Source: Candidatus Saccharimonadota bacterium
Lineage (GTDB): Bacteria > Bacteroidota > Bacteroidia > Cytophagales > Amoebophilaceae
Assembly (NCBI RefSeq): GCF_965196625.1
Contig: NZ_OZ239769.1
Coordinates: 330,001-362,000, forward strand
Direction of reading: 5' to 3'
DNA length: 32,000 bases
Shown here: positions 20,159 through 28,748 of the stretch, one piece after another
Position numbering within the stretch: the first letter of the stretch is position 1
Layout: each line of letters begins with the position of its first letter
Translations under genes and position numbers: made by a program
Notes under the pieces: generated by a model
What the model saw: only the letters and a program-made list of their open reading frames with translations
What the model was told of the DNA's origin: nothing
Database searches by the model: none

Positions 20159-20365
20159 CCAATGGCACCAATTTTAAGTCAATATATTAAAGGTAGTACT
20201 GGTATAGACCCTGATCGATTTGGACGATTCGATGAATACTATTCATACATTATTTCAGGAAAAAAACAGAGAATCTTAAAGAAGAGCCTAAAATCTATAG
20301 CAAAAAGGGGTAGGCGCATCATCCTTTAAATCAACTAAAAAGCGCAAAACACATCTCTTTTAGCA

Positions 20366-20713
20366 ATGAAAGAAAACACCTATAAACCCATTAAAAAACG
20401 AACCCTATTTGGTCAGTTGGAAAAGCGATTGTGTTTAAACGGCATCTCTTTAGACACCCCCTACTACCTATCTCGTTTGTTTTATCTTTTCTTTTTGGGG
20501 TTGCTTTATATTTGGAATGCACATTATCATGAAAAAATGTTACATAAAATCCATCAACTCCAGCCCGTTGTAGATGGCCTACGCGTAAAGCATATGCGCT
20601 TGCAGTCCACTTATATGTTTGATAGCAAACAATCAGAAGTGGCTAAAAAAGTTGCCCTCTTAGCCATTTATGAAAGCAAAGTCCCCCCTTATATCATCAA
20701 AGCTGGTAAATAA
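20366..20713 (+). CDS. ftsL: FtsL-like cell-division protein (small bitopic protein upstream of ftsI)
   Basis: 115 aa with a single TM (LFYLFFLGLLYIW) followed by a coiled-coil-like region. It sits directly upstream of, and overlaps, ftsI. Confidence 0.6.
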   Translation: MKENTYKPIKKRTLFGQLEKRLCLNGISLDTPYYLSRLFYLFFLGLLYIWNAHYHEKMLHKIHQLQPVVDGLRVKHMRLQSTYMFDSKQSEVAKKVALLAIYESKVPPYIIKAGK

Positions 20714-22796
20714 AGTGACCTTTACTAAAGAAATTTTACTGCGTGCCAGAATAATTTTTCTTTCTGCTCTATTTTTTGTAGCCCTTATTACATGGAAAAT
20801 CATCCACTTACAATTTGTAGAAGTAGATAAATGGCGCAACTGTGCCAAAGCAGCGCAACTGACCTATAAACCTATTTTAGCATCCCGAGGCAATATTTAT
20901 GCCCATGATGGTGCTTTATTGGCTACTTCCCTCCATTTTTATACCGTTGCTTTAGACCCTACTGTAGCCTCAGATGAGGCCTTTAGAACAGGCATTGATC
21001 CACTCAGTCAAGCATTGTCTGATTTTTATAAAGATCACCCTCCTGCATACTATAAGAAACGGATTGTACATGCCCGTGCTAAAAAACAAAGATACCTGTT
21101 GTTGCATACAGGCCATATCACCTATGAAGAAAAGAAAAAAATGAGCTGTTGGCCCATTTTTAACCAAGGTAGGTTCAAGGGAGGCGTGATTTTTGAAGCG
21201 CAATACAAACGCTACAACCCCTTTAAAGAATTGGCTAGGCGAACCATTGGTATCCATAGAGCAACACATGGATCTGGGTTAGAATATTCCTTTAACGAAA
21301 CTTTAAAAGGGGTGGATGGTAAAGCACTATACCAAAAAGTCGTTGGGGGCAATTGGAAAAAAGTTCCAGAAAGCAACATGTTTCCTCCTGTACACGGATC
21401 TGACTTGGTGACTACACTAGATATTAACTTGCAGGATGTAACCCAAAGTAGTTTGTTGGCTGTTCTTGAGCAAACCAATGCCCAAAATGGTTGCGCCATT
21501 GTAATGGAAGTGGCTACTGGTGCCATTAAAGCAATGGCTAATTTATCTCGTATGGAGTCTGGGCAATATATAGAAGCATATAACTATGCCATTGGCAACC
21601 AGGGCACCGTTGAACCAGGCTCTATTTTTAAACTGGCCTCTATGTTGGCTTTATTGGAGGAAACAGAGTGGCCACTTACCAAACCTATAGATACTGGAAA
21701 TGGGATGGTGCAATTTTACAATAGATGGATGAAGGATGTAAAAAAAGGAGGGTATGGACTGCTGAACTTACAGGAAGTATTTGAGAAATCCTCTAATGTC
21801 GGCATCTCTATGGCCATTCAAGAAACATTTGGTGCAAATCCTCAAAGGTTTATTGACTATATTGAACGATTGGGCATGCATCAGCCCTTAGCCATTGAAT
21901 TAGCTGGAGAGGGTAAGCCTTATATGATCACGCCCAAAAGCAAAATGTGGAGTGGTGTGACACTCCCGTGGCTCTCTATTGGGTACAACTTACAGATTAC
22001 CCCCCTTCAGATATTGGTGCTATACAATGCAGTGGCCAATAATGGTAAAATGGTTAAGCCTATGTTTGTACAACATATACAATCAACGCATCGGATCAGT
22101 TTTCCAACTACCATTTTACAAGAAAAGATCTGCTCAGATGCAACTTTGCGTAAACTAAAGCTAATGTTAGAAGGTACGGTAGAGAGAGGGCTTGCACAAC
22201 GGATTAAACATGGGTTTTACAAAATAGCTGGTAAAACAGGCACCGCCCAAAAGTTGGTAGGTGGAAGGTATACAGACCATCACCTTACCTCATTTGCTGG
22301 TTATTTTCCAGCAGATCATCCACGTTATAGTTGTATTATTGTGGTAGATAGCCCACAAGGAGAAAGCTTTCGATTTGGTTCAGAAGTGCCTGCACCTATA
22401 TTTAAAGATATTGTGGATAGAATAGCTGGAAAAGATTTGTATGCAAGAAAACCCATTAATGGATCAGTAGGTGTGCATCCCACCACCCTTTCTAACGTCG
22501 GTTATACCAACGAGTTAAATTTTTTGTATCAATGCTTTCAGCTTCCTATACCTAAAAACTTCAGTCTAGAAGAGCAGTGGGGCAGTCTGAAAATCAATGC
22601 TGAAGGAGGAAGCTTTGAGCCATTCAAACGCCAATCTTCAAAGGAAATACCCCATGTGTTAGGTATGAAACTACGTGATGCACTCTTTTTACTAGAGCGA
22701 AATGGTTTAAAGGTTACGGTAGAGGGAAACATACATGGGGTGGTTTCCACACAATCTAAAGCTATTTCTAACGAAGTGACCATTTTATTAAAGTGA
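20670..22796 (+). CDS. ftsI: Penicillin-binding protein 3 / FtsI transpeptidase with a C-terminal PASTA-like domain
   Basis: SxxK (GSIFKLAS), SxN (KSSNVG) and KTG (AGKTGTAQ) motifs. The start is uncertain: ATG 20670 overlaps ftsL by 44 nt, and GTG 20715 is an alternative. Confidence 0.9.
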   Translation: MKAKSPLISSKLVNKVTFTKEILLRARIIFLSALFFVALITWKIIHLQFVEVDKWRNCAKAAQLTYKPILASRGNIYAHDGALLATSLHFYTVALDPTVASDEAFRTGIDPLSQALSDFYKDHPPAYYKKRIVHARAKKQRYLLLHTGHITYEEKKKMSCWPIFNQGRFKGGVIFEAQYKRYNPFKELARRTIGIHRATHGSGLEYSFNETLKGVDGKALYQKVVGGNWKKVPESNMFPPVHGSDLVTTLDINLQDVTQSSLLAVLEQTNAQNGCAIVMEVATGAIKAMANLSRMESGQYIEAYNYAIGNQGTVEPGSIFKLASMLALLEETEWPLTKPIDTGNGMVQFYNRWMKDVKKGGYGLLNLQEVFEKSSNVGISMAIQETFGANPQRFIDYIERLGMHQPLAIELAGEGKPYMITPKSKMWSGVTLPWLSIGYNLQITPLQILVLYNAVANNGKMVKPMFVQHIQSTHRISFPTTILQEKICSDATLRKLKLMLEGTVERGLAQRIKHGFYKIAGKTGTAQKLVGGRYTDHHLTSFAGYFPADHPRYSCIIVVDSPQGESFRFGSEVPAPIFKDIVDRIAGKDLYARKPINGSVGVHPTTLSNVGYTNELNFLYQCFQLPIPKNFSLEEQWGSLKINAEGGSFEPFKRQSSKEIPHVLGMKLRDALFLLERNGLKVTVEGNIHGVVSTQSKAISNEVTILLK

Positions 22797-24289
22797 TGAT
22801 GCACAGTCTTACACAACTTCTAGTAGGCGTCCCTGTAAAAAAGATATTGGGTCCAACAGATATAGCTATAGAAACCCTTTGTTTTGATAGCCGTAAAGCA
22901 GTAACCCATTCTTGTTTTGTCGCCCTAAATGGCAGCCAATTCGATGGCCATAACTATATAGCTATGGCTATAGCAGCAGGTAGTAGTGCGGTTGTATGTG
23001 CCCGTTTGCCTCAGTCTCTTGAGCCCACTGTAACCTATATAGTGGTTGCCTCTACCCCTAGTGCACTAGGGATGATGGCTGCCAACTTTTATGACCACCC
23101 TAGCAAAAAACTGAAAGTAGTAGCCGTTACCGGTACCAATGGTAAAACGACTGTTGTACATCTCCTGTATAATATGGTTATGAAGATGGGTTATAAAGCA
23201 GGCATGTTTTCTACCATATGCAATAAAGTTTTAGACCAAACCTATCCAGCTAGCCATACCACCCCAGATGCATTGCAGCTGCAGTCCACTTTACATCTTA
23301 TGGTAGCAGCCGGTTGCAGCTACTGCTTTATGGAAGCAAGTTCCCATGCCATCGTTCAAGAACGGTTAGCAGGTATCGTTTTTACAGGTGCTGTATTTAC
23401 CAATATCACCCATGAGCACTTAGACTACCATCTTGATTTTGCAAGTTATATTCAAGCTAAAAAAAAACTTTTTGATGGCTTGCCTGCTACCGCCTTTGCC
23501 CTTATGAACCAGCAAGATAGAAATAGTTCCATTCTGCTGCAGCATTGTAAGGCTAAAAAGTTTACTTTTTCACTTCAAGACACTGCGGACTTTCGAGCAA
23601 AAATAGTGACCAATACATTGTATGGGTTAGAGTTGGACCTTTTTCAGAACGCCATTGCTAATGGCCTAGCCATAAACCACCAATCGGTTTGGTTCCAGCT
23701 AATCGGTGCATTCAATGCCAGCAACCTATTGGCTGCTTATGGCGCCGCTCAGTTATTGGGCTTGAATAGCCTGGAAAGTTTGGTAGCGCTTTCAGCCATC
23801 CCCCCTATTCTAGGCAGAATGAACCGCCTTCATCATATAAAATCCAAACAAGTTGTAATCGATTACGCCCATACACCAGATGCCATTCAAAAAGTAATCG
23901 CTACCTTGCATTCCATGCTTCCTGCGTACAGTAGACTCATTACCATTATGGGTTGTGGCGGCAACCGTGATCAAGAAAAGCGCGTTATGATTGGCCAGAT
24001 TCTGGCTAAAAATAGTGATATGGCTATATTCACCAGTGATAATCCAAGAGATGAAGACCCACAGAAAATTATACATGCCATGCAGCAAGGTGTCTATGCA
24101 TCAGACCTTTCAAAGGTGCTCCATATAGCAGATAGAGCGATGGCTATTAAAACCGCCTGTTTGCTTGCGCATGCAAATGATCTTATTTTAATAGCAGGAA
24201 AGGGCCATCAATATTATGAAGAAATTAATGGTGTGCAACACTACTTCTGTGAAGCGCAAATTGTTCAAGATAGCTTAAGTGATAGATAA
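22793..24289 (+). CDS. murE: UDP-N-acetylmuramoyl-L-alanyl-D-glutamate--2,6-diaminopimelate ligase
   Basis: VTGTNGKTT P-loop, Mur ligase middle and C-terminal domains, and a DNPR motif (SDNPRDEDP) typical of meso-DAP-adding MurE. The start overlaps the ftsI stop (GTGATGATG). Confidence 0.9.
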   Translation: MMMHSLTQLLVGVPVKKILGPTDIAIETLCFDSRKAVTHSCFVALNGSQFDGHNYIAMAIAAGSSAVVCARLPQSLEPTVTYIVVASTPSALGMMAANFYDHPSKKLKVVAVTGTNGKTTVVHLLYNMVMKMGYKAGMFSTICNKVLDQTYPASHTTPDALQLQSTLHLMVAAGCSYCFMEASSHAIVQERLAGIVFTGAVFTNITHEHLDYHLDFASYIQAKKKLFDGLPATAFALMNQQDRNSSILLQHCKAKKFTFSLQDTADFRAKIVTNTLYGLELDLFQNAIANGLAINHQSVWFQLIGAFNASNLLAAYGAAQLLGLNSLESLVALSAIPPILGRMNRLHHIKSKQVVIDYAHTPDAIQKVIATLHSMLPAYSRLITIMGCGGNRDQEKRVMIGQILAKNSDMAIFTSDNPRDEDPQKIIHAMQQGVYASDLSKVLHIADRAMAIKTACLLAHANDLILIAGKGHQYYEEINGVQHYFCEAQIVQDSLSDR

Positions 24290-24404
24290 AAACCCATCCT
24301 TCTGGCTATACAACCTCTGGTTACACTGCTCAATGTATTTTTTTAAATACTTGTTTTTATAATAAAATTTTTGTAGTATTAAAATTGTTTTATAAATATG
24401 AAAA

Positions 24405-25601
24405 ATGAGAAAAATCAATACTTATTACCGCCGTTCTATTGCTTGGACCAATTTATTAACCATATCGCTTGGATGTAGCCACCATTCAGAAAATCATATG
24501 ACTGCTATTCGATCTCTGATGCAAAACGTAAGGGGTACGTTCTCTAGTATAGATTTGTATGTCCCTGATGATGGCTTAGAAGCCATCATCAATATTTTAT
24601 TAGAAAAGTTACAGGAATGCTGTCGGTTCATTGATGACAAAAGAAACGACTGTAGCATTGGTAACATTATGGAAATGAATAGCGAACTTCAGTGTAAGCG
24701 GTATATAAAACGCCATTATAATCTGATGCCATATAACGATATGAGTGATGTGTATTGTAAACGAATCTCCAAAGAGCGCATCCAAGACTTCGGAGATTTA
24801 AAAACTTTATGTGCTTCTGTTCCGCTTCGGAATCTAGCGTGTTTGAGCCTTTGGGAAAAAGATTTTTCTGAACAATTCAAAAAATCTCTAAAAAATTCCC
24901 CTCAGGTTTTACATTACTTCTATAACAATCTTTTACCTTATTGGGCTGAAATTGTTCAACTTTTGATATTCCACGCGCTTAATACTAGTATTGCGCAAGG
25001 AAAAATACTCCTTAGTGATGCTGAACAAAAATATAAAGAAGTTTGTGAAACCATTAAAGCTATTTATAGTTCAAGCTATATTGCAAATCTTAAAAAGTGT
25101 TGCCGCGCGCAATTCGAAAAGGCTATTGAATATGGTTCCCGGAAGCATGGCTATGGTTGTATAGAAATCATTGAACAATTAAAAAAGAATACGCAAAAGC
25201 TGAAGCAATATACTTTGCAGCCCATTGAAGATGTCTATACTGCACTGACTACCTTAGTCGATAAGATCAAATATAAAGATGAGCCTAAGCTGAAAGAGAA
25301 GATCGCCGACAGTCTTAAAATGTTTTATAACATAGCGTATAGTTTTGGTATAATCGATCTAATAGCTAACCTGCACCTTCTCTTATCCGTTTATAACCCT
25401 AATATGGAGTGTGGTGAGGAGCAAGTAGAAAGGTGTTTAAAAAAATTAAGCGCATTAGCAAAGCCATTGCTTACCGTTAAGCGCTCCCTTATTGAGTTTA
25501 TTACGGGTATGCATACTGGTTTTGATCAAGTCAGCAACGAGGTTAGCCAACTGATTTCCCCTCTTAGGCATTTGCTTGCACAAGCAGAAAATCAGCCATA
25601 G
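24405..25601 (+). CDS. Orphan hypothetical protein, predicted all-helical, with a possible lipoprotein signal
   Basis: 398 aa ORF with no motif I recognise. The N-terminus MRKINTYYRRSIAWTNLLTISLGCSHH resembles a signal peptide with a lipobox-like LGC. Confidence 0.5.
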   Translation: MRKINTYYRRSIAWTNLLTISLGCSHHSENHMTAIRSLMQNVRGTFSSIDLYVPDDGLEAIINILLEKLQECCRFIDDKRNDCSIGNIMEMNSELQCKRYIKRHYNLMPYNDMSDVYCKRISKERIQDFGDLKTLCASVPLRNLACLSLWEKDFSEQFKKSLKNSPQVLHYFYNNLLPYWAEIVQLLIFHALNTSIAQGKILLSDAEQKYKEVCETIKAIYSSSYIANLKKCCRAQFEKAIEYGSRKHGYGCIEIIEQLKKNTQKLKQYTLQPIEDVYTALTTLVDKIKYKDEPKLKEKIADSLKMFYNIAYSFGIIDLIANLHLLLSVYNPNMECGEEQVERCLKKLSALAKPLLTVKRSLIEFITGMHTGFDQVSNEVSQLISPLRHLLAQAENQP

Positions 25602-25688
25602 GAATCGTTCCATATGGCAATTTTTGATTAGGTATTTTTTGTGTGTATTTATGAAGCAGATAATTTATATCTATTAATTCCCATAAAA

Positions 25689-25763
25689 ATGAGTTTTGGA
25701 GAGCGATTGGTCTTAGTTAGAAAAAGAAAAAAGTTGTCTCAATTAGATTATTCCATTTCCTGA
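25689..25763 (+). pseudogene. Fragment resembling the N-terminus of an XRE-type HTH regulator
   Basis: 24 codons, MSFGERLVLVRKRKKLSQLDYSIS*, similar to the common FGERLK.LR..KGLSQ opening. It is too short to be functional. Confidence 0.3.
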
Positions 25764-25774
25764 AATAATCTGAT

Positions 25775-25837
25775 ATGAATGCGTATAAATTACCAATTGG
25801 AGTGAGTAACCTTCATAAGTTGGTATCTAACTCCTAG
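25775..25837 (+). pseudogene. Fragment resembling the N-terminus of an AAA-ATPase-like / PD-(D/E)XK (DUF1703-type) protein
   Basis: MNAYKLPIGVSNLHKLVSNS* matches the characteristic KLPIG(I/V).(D/N)F.KL opening of that family. It is 20 codons only. Confidence 0.35.
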
Positions 25838-25867
25838 ACGACCTAAAGGTAAAAAATCTATGATCTC

Positions 25868-26215
25868 CAAGAAGATGGAACTATAACCGTATCCGAGAGT
25901 TATCAAAAAGGCGTAGATCCAAAGGCAAGTTGGACTAAAAAAGGTCATAATTTTTATTATGGCTATAAACGCCGTATCCTTGTAGAAAGTAAAGAGGGTT
26001 TGGTATTAGCAGTCAGTACTACAACCATCTAGTAATGATAGTGGTCATTTACAGGGCTTATTAGATAAAGTAAAGCTAAAAGCAGGTAGTAGGTTATATG
26101 CAGATAAGGGCTATAGCGGGTTGCCCAATGAAAACTTGCTAAAAAAAGAAACTTAAAATCAGCTATTCAGAAAAAAGCTACTAGAAATCATCCCTTATCA
26201 CCTATTGCAACGGTC
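25868..26215 (+). mobile_element. Degraded IS5/IS4-superfamily DDE transposase remnant (internal stops, frameshift, truncated at both ends)
   Basis: GVDPKASWTKKGHNFYYGYKRRILVESKEGLVLAVSTTTI is followed by TAG TAA TGA TAG at 26030-26041. After a +1 shift the sequence reads SNDSGHLQGLLDKVKLKAGSRLYADKGYSGLPNENLLKKRNLKSAIQKKATRNHPLSP. The D.A.W.K...fGYK and aDkGY patterns are typical of IS5-type transposases. No inverted repeats were identified. Confidence 0.6.
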
Positions 26216-26227
26216 TCAATGCGTTGG

Positions 26228-26692
26228 TTACAATCCTGAGGATATGCTGCTTTCGTAATAAGCATCTACAAGCGGATTATGATCATAGCTGCTCGCCACA
26301 GCAAGCGCATCACAGCGCTCATTCTCATAGTGACCAGCATGGCCTTTAACCCAACAAAAACGCACAAAGTGTTTTTGATAGACTATCCAAAAACGCTTCC
26401 ATAAATCAGGATTTTTTTTATGCTTAAAATCTATTTTGATCCAATTTTTAAGCCATCCTTTTTCTATTGCATGGATTACATATTTGGAATCAGAGTGGAT
26501 GGTAACCGTTTGCCCCATTTGTTTTAGCGTTTCTAGGCCTATGATCACCGCCAATAGTTCCATTCGATTATTGGTTGTTTTTCTATAGCCTTGAGATAGC
26601 TCTTTCGTATACCCATTGTGCTTTAAAATAATCCCATATCCACCTGGTCCTGGATTACCTCTAGCCGACCCATCTGTGTAGATATCAATCAT
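26228..26692 (-). CDS. rnhA: Ribonuclease HI
   Basis: IYTDGSARGNPGPGGYG, TNNRMEL, HSDSKYV and WVKGHAGHYENERCDALA are canonical RNase H1 catalytic motifs. Confidence 0.9.
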   Translation of the reverse strand: MIDIYTDGSARGNPGPGGYGIILKHNGYTKELSQGYRKTTNNRMELLAVIIGLETLKQMGQTVTIHSDSKYVIHAIEKGWLKNWIKIDFKHKKNPDLWKRFWIVYQKHFVRFCWVKGHAGHYENERCDALAVASSYDHNPLVDAYYESSISSGL

Positions 26693-26713
26693 CTGAAATA
26701 ATAAGCTAACCCT

Positions 26714-28438
26714 TTAAAATTTAAAGTCGATGCCCGTTACATCCCAGTTTTCCGTTACATTGATTTCTTTTTCGTAAAAGATTACTGGGTTTGGCTCAAT
26801 GTTTTGAAGTATATTCCCCGGCGACCACGCTTCTTCCCCTTCATTAAGAACCAATAGCCGCATTTTATAGGAACCAGGAGGTACCATTTTAAATTGATAG
26901 TTTTTTTGATTCCGAATGGAATCGATGCACTCATCTTTTTGATTGAGTAGCTCAATAATAAAATAGGGCGTAGCGGTATCTACACTTCCTGAAATGGTTC
27001 CAGTCTCTTCTTTTTTTCTAAGTGGGTAGGTTTGACAAATCTTTTTATGGGTGGTTTGGTCAAATGCCATACAAGCACCTGCTTCTATCTGTAGCGTGAC
27101 CATCTGTTTTATAACTTTACTTTTATGGTCTTTTTCTTGTTCTTCTGTAGCAAACTGTATGATCTCTTCTCCCGTGAAATGCTTTCGTATGGTAAGCTTA
27201 GTGCGGTTTTCGTTCCACATCCATTCGTCTGGCTTCAATGCAATTTTCTGTTGGTTTTTGCCTTCAAAATAGATCAACGCTTCTTTGAGTTCTTTAATGG
27301 GTTTGTTAAATACGATTGATTCTGTAAAATCATTCAGTATAGAAGGAATCGGGCGCGGCAATAGGCTATAGCTTAGGCTGGTTTTGTCTATTTTGCCTTC
27401 CTTGAAGTTTATGGTTATATCTTTTTCTAGTGCCCTATGTAAGGCATCCTCAGCCTTTACCTTAACCTTTAAAAAATCTCCCTCCAGAAGCCCAAAAGTA
27501 TTGTAAATCGTAATGGTTTTAGGTGATTGTTCTGAAAAGAAGCTGTAAACTTGTGGCTTTCCCTTAGCCCCTACCGTTTGAAGAGGCGTTACTTGATAAA
27601 TTTTTATTGCTTTGTTAAAGACGATTTCAAAGATCCCCTTTTGAGGCGTACCACGTAGTAAGCTTAAATCACGCACGTCAGATGCAATAAGCGGGAGGAT
27701 AATATCCTCTCGCGTCTCATTTAAATCGATAGGATCTTTAAAAAATCCATATTGATCCTTTTCATAATCAATTTTATAGTTGTTTTTTTTACCAGTACTC
27801 GCCCGTATATAATACTGGCCCAAGCGTATGCAATTTATGGTAAAATTTCCATCTTTATCAGCTGTAGTATAATAATCCGGTGTACCTTCTTCTTGCCATT
27901 CTTTAGGGTCTCGTTCTGCATTATAGAGATAAACGTTCGTATCTCCTACTGGCTTATTGGTTAATAATTCTTTTACTTTTCCCTTAGCCGTAATGGGGTC
28001 TATAAAAGAACCCGTGCTAAAGGTTAATGCATCACCAATTGCCTTAGTACCCTCATGGGTATCTTTAATGGCTTTGTTAAAATGGATGGAATAGGTAGTG
28101 TTTTCCTTTAGAGGAACATGTAGCTTAAGCGTTAAGGTTTTGCCATTTACGGTGTAGGTGTAGGCTTTTTTATTTTTAGGTTCATCTGGCTTAGGCATGA
28201 TCCCTAAGTTATTGTAAAGGTTTTCAACCGCAATATCTTTATCAAAAATAAGTCGGATGGTTTTACCCTTAAAGTTTAATCCCCCATTTTCTGGAAGAGA
28301 ACGTACTAGTTTAGGGGGCGTTTCATCAGGAGGGCCACCTTCTGGTTCCTGTACCGCAACACAGGAAATAATGGAAATAAACAATAAATGGCTAAAATGA
28401 AAGCACCGTAAAAGCGCAGCAATGGGTTTAAGCATCAT
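26714..28438 (-). CDS. Lipoprotein with an N-terminal SbsA/Big_5-like Ig domain and a carboxypeptidase-regulatory-like beta-sandwich
   Basis: Signal peptide plus lipobox (LLFISIISC). PPKLVRSLPENGGLNFKGKTIRLIFDKDI resembles Big_5 domains. GKVKELLTNKPVGDTNVYLYN...TTADKDGNFTINCIRLGQYYIRAS resembles CarboxypepD_reg-like folds. Confidence 0.6.
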   Translation of the reverse strand: MMLKPIAALLRCFHFSHLLFISIISCVAVQEPEGGPPDETPPKLVRSLPENGGLNFKGKTIRLIFDKDIAVENLYNNLGIMPKPDEPKNKKAYTYTVNGKTLTLKLHVPLKENTTYSIHFNKAIKDTHEGTKAIGDALTFSTGSFIDPITAKGKVKELLTNKPVGDTNVYLYNAERDPKEWQEEGTPDYYTTADKDGNFTINCIRLGQYYIRASTGKKNNYKIDYEKDQYGFFKDPIDLNETREDIILPLIASDVRDLSLLRGTPQKGIFEIVFNKAIKIYQVTPLQTVGAKGKPQVYSFFSEQSPKTITIYNTFGLLEGDFLKVKVKAEDALHRALEKDITINFKEGKIDKTSLSYSLLPRPIPSILNDFTESIVFNKPIKELKEALIYFEGKNQQKIALKPDEWMWNENRTKLTIRKHFTGEEIIQFATEEQEKDHKSKVIKQMVTLQIEAGACMAFDQTTHKKICQTYPLRKKEETGTISGSVDTATPYFIIELLNQKDECIDSIRNQKNYQFKMVPPGSYKMRLLVLNEGEEAWSPGNILQNIEPNPVIFYEKEINVTENWDVTGIDFKF

Positions 28439-28467
28439 GAAGGTATAAGCAATTTTCGAAAGAAGCC

Positions 28468-28544
28468 TGGTGGAGAATGGGGGATTCGAACCCCCGACCT
28501 TCTCGATGCCATCGAGATGCTCTAGCCAACTGAGCTAACCCCCC
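28468..28544 (-). tRNA. tRNA-Ala (anticodon GGC) with genomically encoded CCA
   Basis: The reverse complement folds as a cloverleaf: acceptor GGGGGGT / ATTCTCC, D arm GCTC-AGTTGGCTA-GAGC, anticodon arm TCTCG-ATGGCAT-CGAGA (GGC at positions 34-36), T arm GGGGG-TTCGAAT-CCCCC, then ACCA. The G3:U70 alanine identity pair is present. Confidence 0.85.
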
Positions 28545-28748
28545 TAGCATTAAACATTATACAACGATACCAATATTTCTTAAATATATCAAATATCTTC
28601 TACTTTTTTAGTTGTAATGACCTCTTGTGAAACCTATTTGTAATCAGCAATCTTTAGGAGAAACGCAGTCGAGCACTGCAGAATACTCAGGTGTATTTGA
28701 GGAGCATAGACAAACTTCTACACTCAAAATGGCCATTAGCAAGAGGTT

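Noticed and set aside
20162-20329. 55-codon ORF (MAPILSQYIKGSTGIDPDRFGRFDEYYSYIISGKKQRILKKSLKSIAKRGRRIIL) in the spacer where mraZ/rsmH would be expected
   Set aside because: I could see no similarity to MraZ or RsmH. It is too short to support as a gene, though it might be a relic or a small protein.
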